Assembly (NCBI GenBank): GCA_028023455.1
Contig: JAQFVV010000003.1
Location: forward strand, 8,990,001 to 9,054,000
Reading direction: 5' to 3'
Origin: Epiperipatus broadwayi
Lineage: Eukaryota; Animalia; Onychophora
DNA: 64,000 bases
In this document: positions 50,741-64,000 of the stretch, one piece after another
How the letters are laid out: every line of letters starts with the position of its first letter
Numbering within the stretch: the first letter of the stretch is position 1
Program-made: the position numbers and the translations under genes
The notes under the pieces: generated by a model
What the model saw: the letters and a program-made list of their open reading frames with translations, nothing else
The model's database searches: none
Told to the model about the DNA's origin: nothing

Positions 50741-53700
50741 AGTTGACACCAACTCCTGAAAATCAAGTGAATAGCTTTTCCCAGAATGATTTACGATGTG
50801 ACCAACTTGTGTGGTTTAGTCCAGTAATAAGAGTAATAAATTCAGTGGTAAAATATTTTTTTGTCAATGAGAAAAATACAGAAAAATCTCCGTTTGTTCA
50901 TTTGAATGGAATTATATGCTTACAACTATATGATTTTGTGAAGATGTTCAAAAGCACATTTATTATTGTGATGATGGAGTTTATCTTTCTAATTTCTGGT
51001 CTCTTCTCTTTTATTGCTACCGTTTCATAACTTTATATACTGTGCTAATGAATAGCTTAATGCAACTTACATTGAGAGTGTTTTATTTCCATAATTATAT
51101 ATATATATATTATAATAAAATGAATTCAGATGTTTAAAATTAAAGTTAAAAATAAGTAAAATAAAATAAAAATTATAATGTTTCAAATCTTCCCACAAAT
51201 GATGATAGTGTGAAAGAAGATAGTATTTAACAGGCTAACTGACTATATAAAGGTAAGGGTTTAATAGTCTTTTGTCTCTCTTACTCTTTAGTCAGTAACA
51301 GCCAGATATCTATTTATTAACAAACAATTGAATAATTATCTATACTAAAAACAGTCCTGATATGTAAAAAAAAAAGTCTAAGCTTGATTAGAAACTCTCA
51401 GATAACTAAAGAAAATATCCTAAATTGTGCCTAGATTCAAATGTCAAATCATTATCATGACAATTGATTATCAGTATGCAATTTTGTCCTAAACAATGTG
51501 GTTTATTTATGTCTGACAACTGATTGATCAACAACCATCATTCTCATAACTATTAAATCTGTCTTTAGACTTTTTAGTCCATGTCATATATTGGCTTAAT
51601 TAATAGATCTCCAATGAGTCATTACTTTACTATCATAAAATTAATCTGATATCTCTTACCAAGCTGGAATTTTTATTAAATGCTACCATGCATTTAATAA
51701 AGATTAAGATACAGTAATTTCCATATTTATATTCAAAAAATAAAAAATTAGAAATTTGTAAATTTAAAAATCATCATAAATCATCTCTCAGTCAGCCATT
51801 GTTTTATCTTGCATATTCAATTGTGCAGTTTTTCTTTCTCTCTTGATTTATTACAGTATGATCTTTACCATAATTGCATTATTCTATTTTTTTTTGTTAA
51901 CTAGTTGATATCTTAATGTGTGCATTTTAAATTTAAAATGCATTGTAATTGTGTGTTATATGTTAAAATTATATATTATATAGAATTCATTACCATACAT
52001 GATTTGAAGTGGTATGTTCATGGAAGATGTGGAACCAAATCATGAATGGTGAAAAAGATATGAGGCTACTGTCCATTATTTTAATGTTTTTGAGTTCAGT
52101 TTTATAATATTTAACATTGAGTACTTTTAAATACATATTTATGACCAAGAAATTAAATTTGTGTTTCAAAAATAAAAATATTAAAATATTATCATTTATA
52201 ACTGAGAACGCAATGCTAATCAGCCAAAATGTTGTAAGAAGAAATAAAAAAATGAGGGCAATAAGACCTACAATAAGGACAATAGCTAACAATATTGATT
52301 TTGTGTTGCTATGGGAACTCAACCATATAAGCCTGATGTACATCTGAAGATAGCAATCTAAAGTTTCCAGGACTTCTGCAATGTTACCTTGAACTTAAAA
52401 TAATTTTTACATGTATTTACCTTACAACCATGGATTGCTCATGTAACCATCGCAATTCAACTTTGTAAAAATCTTTTGTAACTTTCTTAGAGGAATTAAA
52501 AAATTAAAAAATTGTAAAAGAAAAACACTGTAATATTAGACATCTTTTAGTATTACCATATAACTTAAAGATAATAAATATAAATAGTGTGAGAAAGTAG
52601 TAGCTTAAAATGCCACACATAAACAAAATTTATTTTTGCAAATGAAAAATTCTTTTAATTAAAAACAATTATAGTATTGGTAAAGTTTTATCTCACTTTT
52701 CCATTGACTTAATCAAATTCTTTTGCAATAACGTAAGTTTATTCCATTGCCTTTCATTAAATAAAGCCATCAGAATAAGTTGAATTTATTTAATAAATAA
52801 ATAATTGAAAATTTCTAGAATCTATCAAACTATTACTACATTAATCCATACAGAGCAATTTATTCAATAAAATTAATTCATGGTATTACAAAGTGAAAAA
52901 AAGGAAAAGATGAAGGTTATCTTTATAATTTTTCATGTTTCTGAATATTGATTTTAGGAAAACAGGAGTAGTTTGTGTAATCATTTCAAAATCCATCTTT
53001 AACTTTCTTCTGAAATTAAAATAGCCGTATTTGGTTAATAGTGGCTGGTGATATACCAAAAATAATTTTAGAAGTTATTATATTATTAAAGTTATAATAA
53101 AAGAAACCTTTACTGGGTTAGATACTATAATAGATTTCTAGTTAATTTCTAAATCAATAATAATTATTCATCTTGTGGGAAAACATTTTTTCCCCATGAT
53201 TTAGAATGTTGGATTCATCGATGTGGCAAAGAATTTTTTTCCCCGTTTTCTTATTCACTTTTAATAATTATGTAATCTTTCATTTTTTAACTCATCTGCT
53301 TTTTAATATTTTCCTAATTAAATATTAATATTCAATTTAAAATCTGCTTATTAAAAACATTTTTAATTGTAATTTTGAAAATTTATTAATGCATACATAA
53401 TATTTATTATTATTATCATTTAAAATTCTTAAATATAAATAATAAATTAACCAATGCATTTGTAATCAGTGAAGTTTATAGGATATGCAAACACTCTTCC
53501 AAAGCTTATTATAAATCTTGTCCGGTGCAAAATCCCATTTTACATATATTTGATATGAAACTCCCATTGTCCATGTGAACCAAAGATCTCAAATAAAACA
53601 ACAGTTTCCCACAAAATATATGCGTAGTGAAAGAGATTGCTTTAATTGATTTTGTATTGGAAGATTTATAACGTGCTTTGGAGGGGTGCATTGTATATAT

Positions 53701-56700
53701 GAAAAATTTGTTTGAGTAATATGTGTGTGTGTGTGTGTGTCTGCATGATAGTATAGATGATTTTATTTGGTACAGTATTAGAAAATGCAAAAAATAATTA
53801 TATGATTTATTGCTCAGAAAGTCACTAAACATTTAACACCAAAGTAGCAGATCGATCATATTCCCTCGCTCTCTTTCAGTTAATGAAAGTGAGATTTTTT
53901 TTATTTAACTCAATTGAGAATCAATGCCAAATTTTTGTGAGTTTTCTGCCAAGTTAGAACTAGACAATTCATAGTTCAAGCTACTAGTGTGTTAAATCAC
54001 ATAAGACAAAATATTAATTTAGTGTTAAAAGTTGTTTGGAGACCATATTTGATATCCAGCTGAATCTATATGAATATGGAAAAATATATCCCTAAATTTG
54101 ATTACATCATTTACATACCATTTTATTTAAATAATTGGAAACTAGGTCTTACTAATCATTATGGATAATCACAAGATAACTATCCAAGAACATTTTTCAT
54201 AAATGAATGCCATCTTCCAGTTTCTCCAAGGGATTGTCTCTACCAACCTCACATAATTATAACATTTCTCCTCTCTCTCTATAATTATAGTCAAGTTAAC
54301 TAGAAAAAAACATCAATCATCATGCTTATATGATGTTTACACAGACATTTCTCTATAAAAACATATATACACTTTATAGAACACTATTAAGAATAAAGAA
54401 TACTGAAAAATTAGAAGTTTAAATGATAATGTAAAAATTTATTAATAAATGATTAATGAAAGATATTATTAATATGAAATCATGAATTATTATGTAGGAA
54501 TTCCACATCAAAATTTTAAGAATAATGATCATCTATATTCATACATACATCTTTGCTGTTTACTTCATCAAATAGTTGTTTAGAATATTAAACTAGATTG
54601 CGTCTGAAACAACATAGATGTGAAATATGTGTTTGATACATTATGTTTGATAATGATACTAATATTAATATACTAAATTATTTCCCAAAACTAAATGATA
54701 TAATATCAAATATCCAATATTCATACAAGTGTGTGTGTATATACATATACAACAAAAATTTTAAAAGATTGAAAAAAAAACATTATTAATAATAATAATA
54801 AAAATTAATATTCAAATTAATTAGAATTTCTAAAATTCTTTTCACAGGAGATATTATAATTCTCTTATTAATTATTTAATAATTAAGCCTTTAAGTTTTG
54901 AATAGATATAATATAACATCATTTTCATACCCTATAGGAAGAAAATCTTATAATTTTGCAACAGTAGAAATAATGTTGATTTTGAATAATAATTAGATTC
55001 AAGGATTTTAAATTTTTTTAGTAATATTTCTTTGTAAGCAGGCTAAATGTTTTTTTTTTAAAAAAAGTAAATATATTTTAAAAGAAATTCAATGTTTTAT
55101 ATCTAAAAAAAATGTAAATCTATGCAAATCAGCCTGGTAACATTATATCTATTTGTTTTTGACTAGCAACAGTGCCATTGAGTGGGATGGATTGTCATAA
55201 GTTATGAGTACCATTGTGATTCATTAGTTTTATGTATTTTATGCACAGACAATATGTATATGCCAGTATAATATACATTCTTATATGATTCTGAACAGAT
55301 GTTAATGCTGCATAGATTCATGATTACAAGTAATTATTATCACAATTTTAAGCATTTAATCACATGGCAATTTGAGGATGTGCTAATATTAGAGACAAAG
55401 ATAGATCATTCTAGAAACTACTTAAAAACTGACTGCTATACTTAACTTCAAGCATTAATACAAGTAAGTAACTAAAATAATATCGAAAATGAAAAATACA
55501 GAAAATAACATCTGCATTACATTATTCTATGGAACACTAACAGATATATGTACTAGGTATATGCAAATGGTAAGAAGAAGCTTCTATCACATACTATTCT
55601 CAGAGTAAATGCACATGTAAGAGTAACATCAGACTCATGTATCCCATCAAGACATGTATGAAGACTAGAAAGATAATATAGGTTAGGAATTTCCATCTAC
55701 TGCATACTATTGCACTAAATCAAATAATGAATGTAAGAGACCAGCAATCACAAATGGCATTACAATCATTTAAGATAAATAAAGTAAACAAATGTGTCAT
55801 ATCCTGAGACAAAGACAGCCTAAATTATTTAGTGAATACTATACATTATTCTTTCTCGAGCCTGGAGTGATGATTTTTTGAAAACAGAGAACTATTTATA
55901 TTTAATCAACAACAACTTAATCTAGCCTGTCTGTACAGCCAGATTGAATTCCATTCAGGATTTGTTAAATTACAGGTTTAAAATGTTGTTTATACTTTGG
56001 ATGAAGTAGAAATGATAGATTTAATTGAAATTAATAAATTGTAAGCATGGTCAGAGATGACTATAGTAAACTTTAATTGCTTTATATAAAATTATCACCA
56101 ATTAAATTGTGGCATGATAAAGAAAACAAAACAACAATCTTTTGCCATATATACTTATAAATAGATTTAACAAACAATTACTGACTAAAATTTTCATTAG
56201 AGAGGAGATAAATAATAGTAATGCTAGAGATTTAGAATATTTTTTAAAGTTCATCCCTATTTCTTTCAGTAGTAAAAGTTTAAGTTCATTCTTTATGTAT
56301 TAGTATATTTCAATGGACTTCATCTGTGGAACCATAGCTATGGTAGTGGTAGTTTTTGATCATCATTCAAAATTCATGAGGTGGTAGTTTCTTTTTTGCT
56401 TGATGGATGATTTCTTTCTGAAGTATTAAACATTTGAAATTTATACATATACAGCATAAATGTACTGGACTTCAAGATATTTCCCATTAGTTGATAACTT
56501 TCTTTTCTGCCTTAGCAATGTACTATGGCGTGCACTCTGCTTATTGGTCAGAATGAAGCAGATGGTGGCTTCTCTGCTCTTATGTGGTACTGGAACCAAA
56601 ACACATAAATAAACACAGTAGCTGGATAAGATAAGCTGGATTACTTAAAGCACAAAGCAGAATAATCAGAATTAATCAGAATCAGCTTATGAGCCCCATT

Positions 56701-57698
56701 TATATCTTTTTGACCTGGCTTATCAGCAAAAATAGAATCCATTGGTAGTTTTTTGGATCCTTCAATCTATTGGTTGTAGATAATGTCTGACCTCCATTTT
56801 GATCTGCAGTTTAATATCATTTACTATTTTTTTTTTTATCTTTAAAAGGGATTCATAAAATAATCATCTAAATTACATCAGATATTTATCTTCTTACTTA
56901 ATTTGTTTCCAAGCATTTTAATTACTTTTTTTAAGAATTTCATTTCCACTTTGTAATTGTTAATAAAAACGCATTTTATTTTAACATACTTTAAAAATAA
57001 ATTTATCATTAATTATACTGTATACATTTATCTGCACATATAAATTATATATATATTAAACAAAATTGTTTAAAACATTATTTTTAAAATTCCTTCAAAT
57101 TTTTTAAATTACAGACATGAAGCATATATAATATCACTTCAATATTATTTATAGGTTTAAGTAAGATTACTTTTTTAAAAAAAATAAATCTTATCTAATC
57201 ATTAATTTATCGTATTTTTATTATCTTAATATTATAAATAAAGAGAAAACTAAATTGACATTTATTTGCTTTGGCAAATTTTACACTTCAATTGATCTTT
57301 GGAAATATTGGATTTATTTTATAAAACTATTACAAAAAGTTAAAACAACAACAAAAAAAAAACAATTGTCTTTACAAAAATAGATATCAAAACAAGAAAG
57401 CTTTGGATGAAGTTATTTGTTTTTAGATACCTCTAATTTTTTAAGACTGAATTATAAAAGAGATAGAAGAAATATGATTGTTATATTTTTAATAATAAAA
57501 AGCCATCTGAAAATTAAAAATATTTCAGGATTATGATTTATCAAAGATATATGACCCCCTTCCCATTAAAAAAACACCAGATACATAAAAAACAATTTTA
57601 TCATGTGATTTTGAAACCAAAGAAATCCAGAAAATACATGCATAAATAAGGGTTCAAAAGGTTTTTAATTCAAAAATATTTCAGTATATATATATATG

Positions 57699-57849
57699 AA
57701 TTTACAGTATTATTTTCAGGAGCTTCTATGTAATAAAAATATAACAACTAAATGACTGATGTTTCAGTACAATAACTGTACTGAAACATCAGCTATTTAG
57801 CTATTATATTTTTATTACACGGAGCTCCCAGAAATAATAGTATGAATTT
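57699..57849. repeat. Palindromic hairpin element (~73-bp arms, 5-nt loop), MITE-like
   Basis: ..ctgatgtttcagtaca-ataac-tgtactgaaacatcag..; arms extend to gaattt/aattt; a half copy lies at 24436-24514. Confidence 0.85.
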
Positions 57850-57879
57850 TATTATTTATCAATGAGAATATTAGAATTA

Positions 57880-58000
57880 GTAGATAAGATAAGATAGATA
57901 GATAGATAGATTGATGGATGAATAGGTAGATAAGATAGATAAATAGATAAAATAGCCTCTAAATAGCTCACTGCAAGGCAAAGGTTTTCCAACAGCCCTT
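57880..58000 (-). repeat. (GATA)n-type microsatellite next to a short repeat end
   Basis: cactgcaaggcaaaggttttccaaca resembles cattgcagggtaaagacctctccaaca at ~24954; probably the tail of a minus-strand retroposon. Confidence 0.5.
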
Positions 58001-59053
58001 CATAGAAGAGCAGCAAAGAAAAAGTCAATTCTTAACAGGTCTGCTAATTTCCAATTCTATGAGGACGAATGTTTTTTTTATTCTTATTTTGTCATAAAAC
58101 TAAGAGTACTTAAGGACATATTTACTAACCAATATTGGATACTTGGCTGGGTTGATTATGAGACATTTACCTAAAAAAATTCCAAACCTGTTGAAAAAAA
58201 TTTCAAATTTACTTGACCTGCATTCAAATTCAGATTATCTGCATAAAAAACAGATCTACTACTGCAGGCTTCCTAGTCACAGAATGAATACCAAAATTTA
58301 CTTGGAGAAGCCAACTATTATGCTGTGGGTATATTGTATCTATCTTGCAGATTAAAAAATTAAAATGTAGAGAATTATTATTATTGCTATTAATTTGTAA
58401 TTTATTTATTTATTTTTGAATAACTGAAAAACATGAATTTGGATATCTCAGGTAAAAGTAGATTATTGTATTTGATACAAATAGAAAAAAAACATTACTA
58501 TTTTTTCTCATCATAATCTAGTAAATGGTGACTTTTTTTATTTCAGTTTAAAATCCAAATTACAAACTTTGCATTGCATTGCAGCCAAATTCCCATAAAT
58601 AATTTCTAGTAAGAGTCATTGAACTTGATTATTCAGTAATTTTTATCTTTTTACTCTTATTAAAGCAAACGTTTTTAATTGACTATCTAATCTCCACCAA
58701 AATTTTGAGTTATTGACTTTTAAATATTTTTATTAGCATTTAGATGAATAATCAATCCCGGATAATATATAGTAATTGCTTTAGTATAGATGAAAAAGCA
58801 AACTTATTTTCATTCTTTTAAAATAAAAATAAAAAAAACTAAATAAATAATAAATGCAATTAGGTTAGACAATTCATTAGTGATGTTAATATATCCACCA
58901 ATTTTAAATACTTTAGCAGCTGTTACCACCTTTAATTAAGCCAGCCATAATATGTAACCTTTCTTCCGACTGTCACCATTTTGATCTTTTACAAAGTCGG
59001 AAAAATAAATTAAAATTAAAATTGGTTTAGTTCATCAACTAAACTAAATTTAC

Positions 59054-59119
59054 CTTGAAAGCATTTCAGAATCAAGTCTTCAAATGACATTTCTTGTCTG
59101 TACATATCATATATATTTC
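59054..59119 (-). CDS. Candidate 66-bp phase 1-1 exon, (G)NIYDMYRQEMSFEDLILKCFQ(G)
   Basis: Acceptor ..ttattttaaacaataacttag, donor AAG|GTAAAT, open frame with protein-like composition; no partner exons established. Confidence 0.3.
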
Positions 59120-62100
59120 CTAAGTTATTGTTTAAAATAAATAATTTGAATGGGTCAAAGTTTTATTTTTGAAAACATTTTTGTTATAATTTAATAAACA
59201 CTCATCTTTCTAACTCAAATGAAGTTTGATTAGTAAAGACTGACTAATGTGTTTTCCTCACTGGGAAGTGATAAACACCAAGACACATGTGCAATTCTTA
59301 GAATCTGTTTTAGGAGCAGTAATCATTATATTTACTCTATTTCAGAACCATCTATTGTAAGCTTGTACCACATCACCAGATTAGTTTCTAGTCGGTGGTC
59401 TTTATTAGTAAAAAGTTTTGAATTTTTTAATGCTTAAATAGATTGCTCTGCAGTAGATTAAATAAAATGATTTATTGCTCTCAAAAACATGTTGAAAATG
59501 TACAAAGAAAGTCATCAGATATTTTGTTGATATATTCTTAAAGTTATAAATATTGTTATGAGGATCAATTTTTTTGCTCATCCTTTAATATCATCTATCC
59601 ATCTTCATTTCATTATTTTCTTTAATGTTAGTTAAATGATAATTTATGCTTAGCCTTTATAGTGTAAAATATACCTATAAAAAACCACTTTATGATTCCT
59701 AAACACTTATGCTAATTATGCAGTATATTTTATGTTTTGAAATACTTTTCATGCAATATTTATTCATGAGATTATATAAATGTAAAAAAATTGAACTTAA
59801 TGTGTTTAAAGAGATGAAAAAACCCTGCATATTCTGTACATGATTTCATTTCATCTTTCTCCAAGTTCTCCAATCTTTTATTTATTTATTTAAAAAATAT
59901 ATGCCTGTCTTTTATCTTTCCCAATCATCCTCTTTTCAACATATTTTCCATATCTTTAAGGGAAAATGATTATTTAATGAAACAAATAAGTAAAGAATTG
60001 GATCAGGAATATTTTTAGAAATAGCTACTTTTGTTTTTTTTTTATGTACTCCTTCCAACTTATCTTTTTTATTTATTTTTTAATTCCAGACTACTATAAT
60101 TTCTGACACTTTTCTCTTTCTTTTTGTTTTATATAAAGCTAAACTTTAAGTGTAATATAAAGCAAGTTTATATGTCAGAATTTAACTTCACAGATCACAA
60201 AATAACTCTTATTTTTTTCACTTAGTTTCCTAACAATATAATTCTCTTTTTTGTTTTTACTAATGGCATCTTGGAAATTTATACTGCAGATGCAGTCATT
60301 GAATTTTCAGTTCCTTCCATCTCTTTTGATGTATTTGATATCATTACATTTTTTTTAACCCTATGTTTTATGAATTACAATTTTCTAACTTTAATTTTTT
60401 TCAACAAATTTAATGAATTGGGATAATTTATACCCATTTTTTAATAATTTAATTAAGAATAATATTATCTATCTAATATTAAAATCTAACCACAGATTAA
60501 TTAAATCCAACATATTACAACAGAAAACCTTACATACATTTAAGTTAGACTTTCTTTTGGCTCTTTGTAGTGTAAATCAATAGGTAAACAACATGGGATT
60601 GAAAGAGTATTTCTATTCCTGATATGTAATTTCTTCTTTTTAATATCTCAATGATAAAGTGAATTGATTTTGAGAAAAACTTTCTGAATCAATTCTTAAA
60701 CGTCATTGTGACCCAATGTGATGAAAATGCTATAGTTTACCCTTCATTTTACTACACAACTATGAATATTTATTTTTACTGCTTTGTGCCTTTATTTCTT
60801 TTTTTCAATGCTGTCAATCTTCAGTTTCTTTCATATTTTTTCACATTATTTATTATTATATAATTTTTTGGAATTAATTCAAGTATGGAAAACATTAATT
60901 CTAACTTTTATACCCTGATTAAATTGTGAATGCATATTTTCTAAAAAAAAAAAAAGTTTACCATCTGAATTATATATAAGAAATGTGTGGTTGTGATTAT
61001 ATTTTTTTAAATCAGGTATCCATTCATTTATTTTTTATATTCTCAAAAGTTTCACATTTAATAAATAATTCATCTTTATTCTATATTTTTTATATTATTA
61101 AAATAAAGCACCACAATGGTTTCTATAGTTTGCATTAAATCTTTAGTAGCACAACAATCTATCTTTAGATCTTCTACAGACAAACCATCTCTACAAGCAT
61201 GAGTATTCAATGATCACCAATTAATTACTAAACTTCAGTTCAATTGTGATTTTAGTTAGTTTATGAATGAAATATACTAAAATCTATATTTACTATATTA
61301 TCAAGTCAGTTTGCAAATACTATAAAAGTTAGTTCATGGATCAACATAATGAAATAGCTACTGATATCTATTGCAATCTATGCTTATATACATATTCAGA
61401 ATGAAATGGATTATGGATGTCAGATGGTATTTTTTATTATTGTAGGTGGCAGGTACTGTCTTCATAGATAAGGTATGGTGCAGTAAAGGTTTGTACAGTG
61501 GATAAATAATACAACAAATACATTTTCTCATTAAATTAAGGTTTATGCAACAAATGCAAAGATATACAATGAATACTAGAATGGCAGACATTTTTGTCAT
61601 ATGTATATATATTTTTGAAAAGTATTCTTGTGGATGCATATATACTATAGTAATTTCATCCATGAACTATAAATGCAGAATTGAAAACTGATTAATATTG
61701 ATTTTAAAAAAAAGATAATCGAAATTTAAATGCTAAATATGAAATCATTAAATGTCTAGAAGTATAGTAAATGTCTTTTTTTAAAAAGTATTCTCCTACA
61801 TGCATATACAGTAATAATTTATAACAGACTGCTAGATGCACATGAACAAAACATAAATATGGATTTGAAAGCTGATTAAAGTTGCTATACAAATAAATGA
61901 GGTATTTACATTAAACAATAGTGGAAATCTAGGTGCTACATATGTACACACTAAATTGATAAATGTTATTGGTTGAAATTAAATGTTATAATGATTACCA
62001 CTGGTTGATATTATATACTTAAGATTTTTACCACATTAACTCTAAATAAAGAATTGGGCATCTTTGTGATGTTTTATGAGCTTACTATCACTTAATTTTT

Positions 62101-63627
62101 TTTCTATAATTTATTCATTTTTACTAATTTTTATGCATACAAATATTAATTTTAATTATGAGAAAAAAATAGAATCAAAATATTGATCAGTATTGAAGTT
62201 TAAAAGCAATTTAAGTTCTGAATACAATATAGTAAAATCAACTATTTAACTATTTTTAAAAATAAGGAAAATTATTTAGATATAAAAGAGATTTTAAGAC
62301 TGAGCAGTTTGTATTGTGACATTGTGGAATAAATGGAAACTATTGATAATGTAGATTAATCAAAAGCAAATACTAATTGATAGCTTCAATGGGGTGACCA
62401 TTTGTGAAAGACCAAGTGATTGAATTTTTTTTACTAAGACTCCTAGTGTAAACATTATTCCCAGGATGGAATATATTGCCAGCAAAATAGAATTCACAGA
62501 TCCAGGAAAGCAACTAGATTTCACAGCACTATAAAATTAAATTTCCTGCAAGAGAAATAATATCACAACATAATGTAAGAAAAACATAAATTCTCATATC
62601 AGTGATCTATGAATTTTTATCAATGATTAAATTTTTTTTACATTTTTATTTGACACTTTCACAAGTTAAATTTTATTTTTTATTAAAATCTAACAGTACA
62701 GAATATATAATAATAAATTTTATATGCATTTTTGTGTTTATATTTACATTATTCTACTTTTCTTATGGCTGTAGATTGAAAATAACATATTGTGATATTA
62801 TATCATTTTTCCTATTAAATAGTTGTTTTGGATGATTGATTTTGGTCTTGGCTATGGGCCCAAAACAGATAATCCCTAAATATATGTATTTCAATATAAG
62901 CTAGAGTAAATGGGTGATATAATAAATGATCTGAAAAAACAATATATTGTATCAGACCTCATTGCACTCAGATATTTAATAAGAAATTCTACCCAATGTA
63001 TTTTAAAACCATAAACTCAGAATATATAGTTACATTATGCTTTTCATTATCTTTCTTGATAGTTAGGACTATCATACTATAATTCTTGATCAATTCAGGT
63101 TATTCTGGTGCTTAATTCATCTCTATTTAAGATTATATTGACACTTACTGACTAATAATTACATAGTTGGGCAGGATATTTGTTATCTTCTTGATGGAAT
63201 CTTGAATTTATTTAGAAATATCTCAAACTTCTCTCAAGTCCATCTTTATTCAACCTCCAGGTCATGATTTTGCCAAGCTAATGCTTTATCTAATATAATG
63301 TGTACTCAGGTATGTAGTGTAAATATTCTTTTCATCATATGGGAGATCAGAATTAGATTTCTACCCAAGGGCATGAAAAGGTCGAAGTGCAGCACCATTT
63401 CCCCATCAGTGTTGAAGGCAGCAATATGTTTCATATCTTTTTTATAGTTCATCAAAGCTCGTCTGACAAATCCAGATTAACTTGAAAATTTTATCTTCTA
63501 GCTAATAACAGTTTAATACCAATTTATTGAACAATAAGTAGCTAGCTAATTGGATTCATTATAAGCTGACTAACTAAATAAAAATTGTAATTTCACTCTA
63601 ATTTGAAGAATGTCCAAAGTTTACTCA

Positions 63628-63686
63628 GCCTGGATGGCCTAGAATCGATATCATGATAGACACATGCTCTAATCATTGAGCCACAA
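63628..63686 (-). repeat. tRNA-derived SINE-head-like relic
   Basis: gtggctcaatgattagagc (A-box/D-arm-like) followed by a truncated tcgattc B-box. Confidence 0.35.
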
Positions 63687-64000
63687 ATTCCTTCATTTAA
63701 GCATTCATTGTTATTACCAATAATATCTATGCTAATTGCTTTGGGTCATATTATAGTGGCATTTTTCTGAGCTCGTCCCTCTGAATCTCTCATTCACCCC
63801 TTTTTATATTTAAATAAAATATCCAGATGTTTAGTTTTTCCAGATCGTATTTTGTTAAAAATGATCCAGTCTCTATTCTTTCTGCAAGAAAACTATTAAT
63901 AATGAAAATAAAAGATGAAGAAAAAATTGATGGATAATCTTAGAGGAAAACTTACTTGAAAATTGCCCTTAGGAAATCCTTTAAAAGTCATTTGGGGTGG

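Noticed and set aside
61447-61473. 27-bp AG/GT-bounded VAGTVFIDK, resembling an acyltransferase GTxFIDR motif
   Set aside because: Too short, with no supporting neighbouring exons; expected by chance.
2369-62835. Most 60-120 aa ORF-track entries (e.g. 6026-6322, 9608-9898, 42793-43290, 45715-46238, 49299-49547, 62602-62835)
   Set aside because: They are antisense to retroelement relics or are F/L/I/K/N-rich products of AT-rich or microsatellite DNA.
63170-63480. Minus-strand KHIAAFNTDGEMVL..HIILDKA, DDE-transposase-like
   Set aside because: Motifs are too weak and interrupted to assign a family or boundaries.
1-64000. CRISPR arrays, rRNA, intact tRNA genes, prokaryotic operons
   Set aside because: No repeat-spacer periodicity or rRNA-like GC-rich tracts. 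The tRNA-like segments have broken T-stems and lie inside repeats.

Overview
Very AT-rich, strongly CpG-depleted animal DNA (roughly a quarter GC by eye; arthropod-like, species not determinable). There is no long intact host ORF, and most ORF-track entries are antisense or low-complexity artefacts. The window is dominated by decayed retroelements: a Ty3/Gypsy relic on the minus strand (gag-PR-RT-RH-INT, running off the left edge); a CR1/Jockey-group LINE joined tail-to-tail with an L1/Tx1-clade LINE; an inverted Penelope-like element (RT plus GIY-YIG); a second Tx1-type 3' fragment; and a pol-less LTR element with ~1.3-1.6 kb LTRs bracketed by ~540-bp direct repeats. The most unusual observation is that three separate insertions (11.9-12.5, 13.3-14.0 and 16.5-22.6 kb) share one geometry: direct repeat, short extension, outward-pointing inverted arm, body, arm, direct repeat. 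Two of them carry tRNA-like A/B-box sequence in the arms, and the Penelope arm also carries a hammerhead-like relic. Several CpG-retaining islands (about 15.3-15.6, 33.2-35.8 and 47.1-47.7 kb) suggest unmethylated regulatory DNA, with a few unproven candidate host exons. All calls come from manual reading and translation; coordinates of degenerate elements are approximate and no searches were run.
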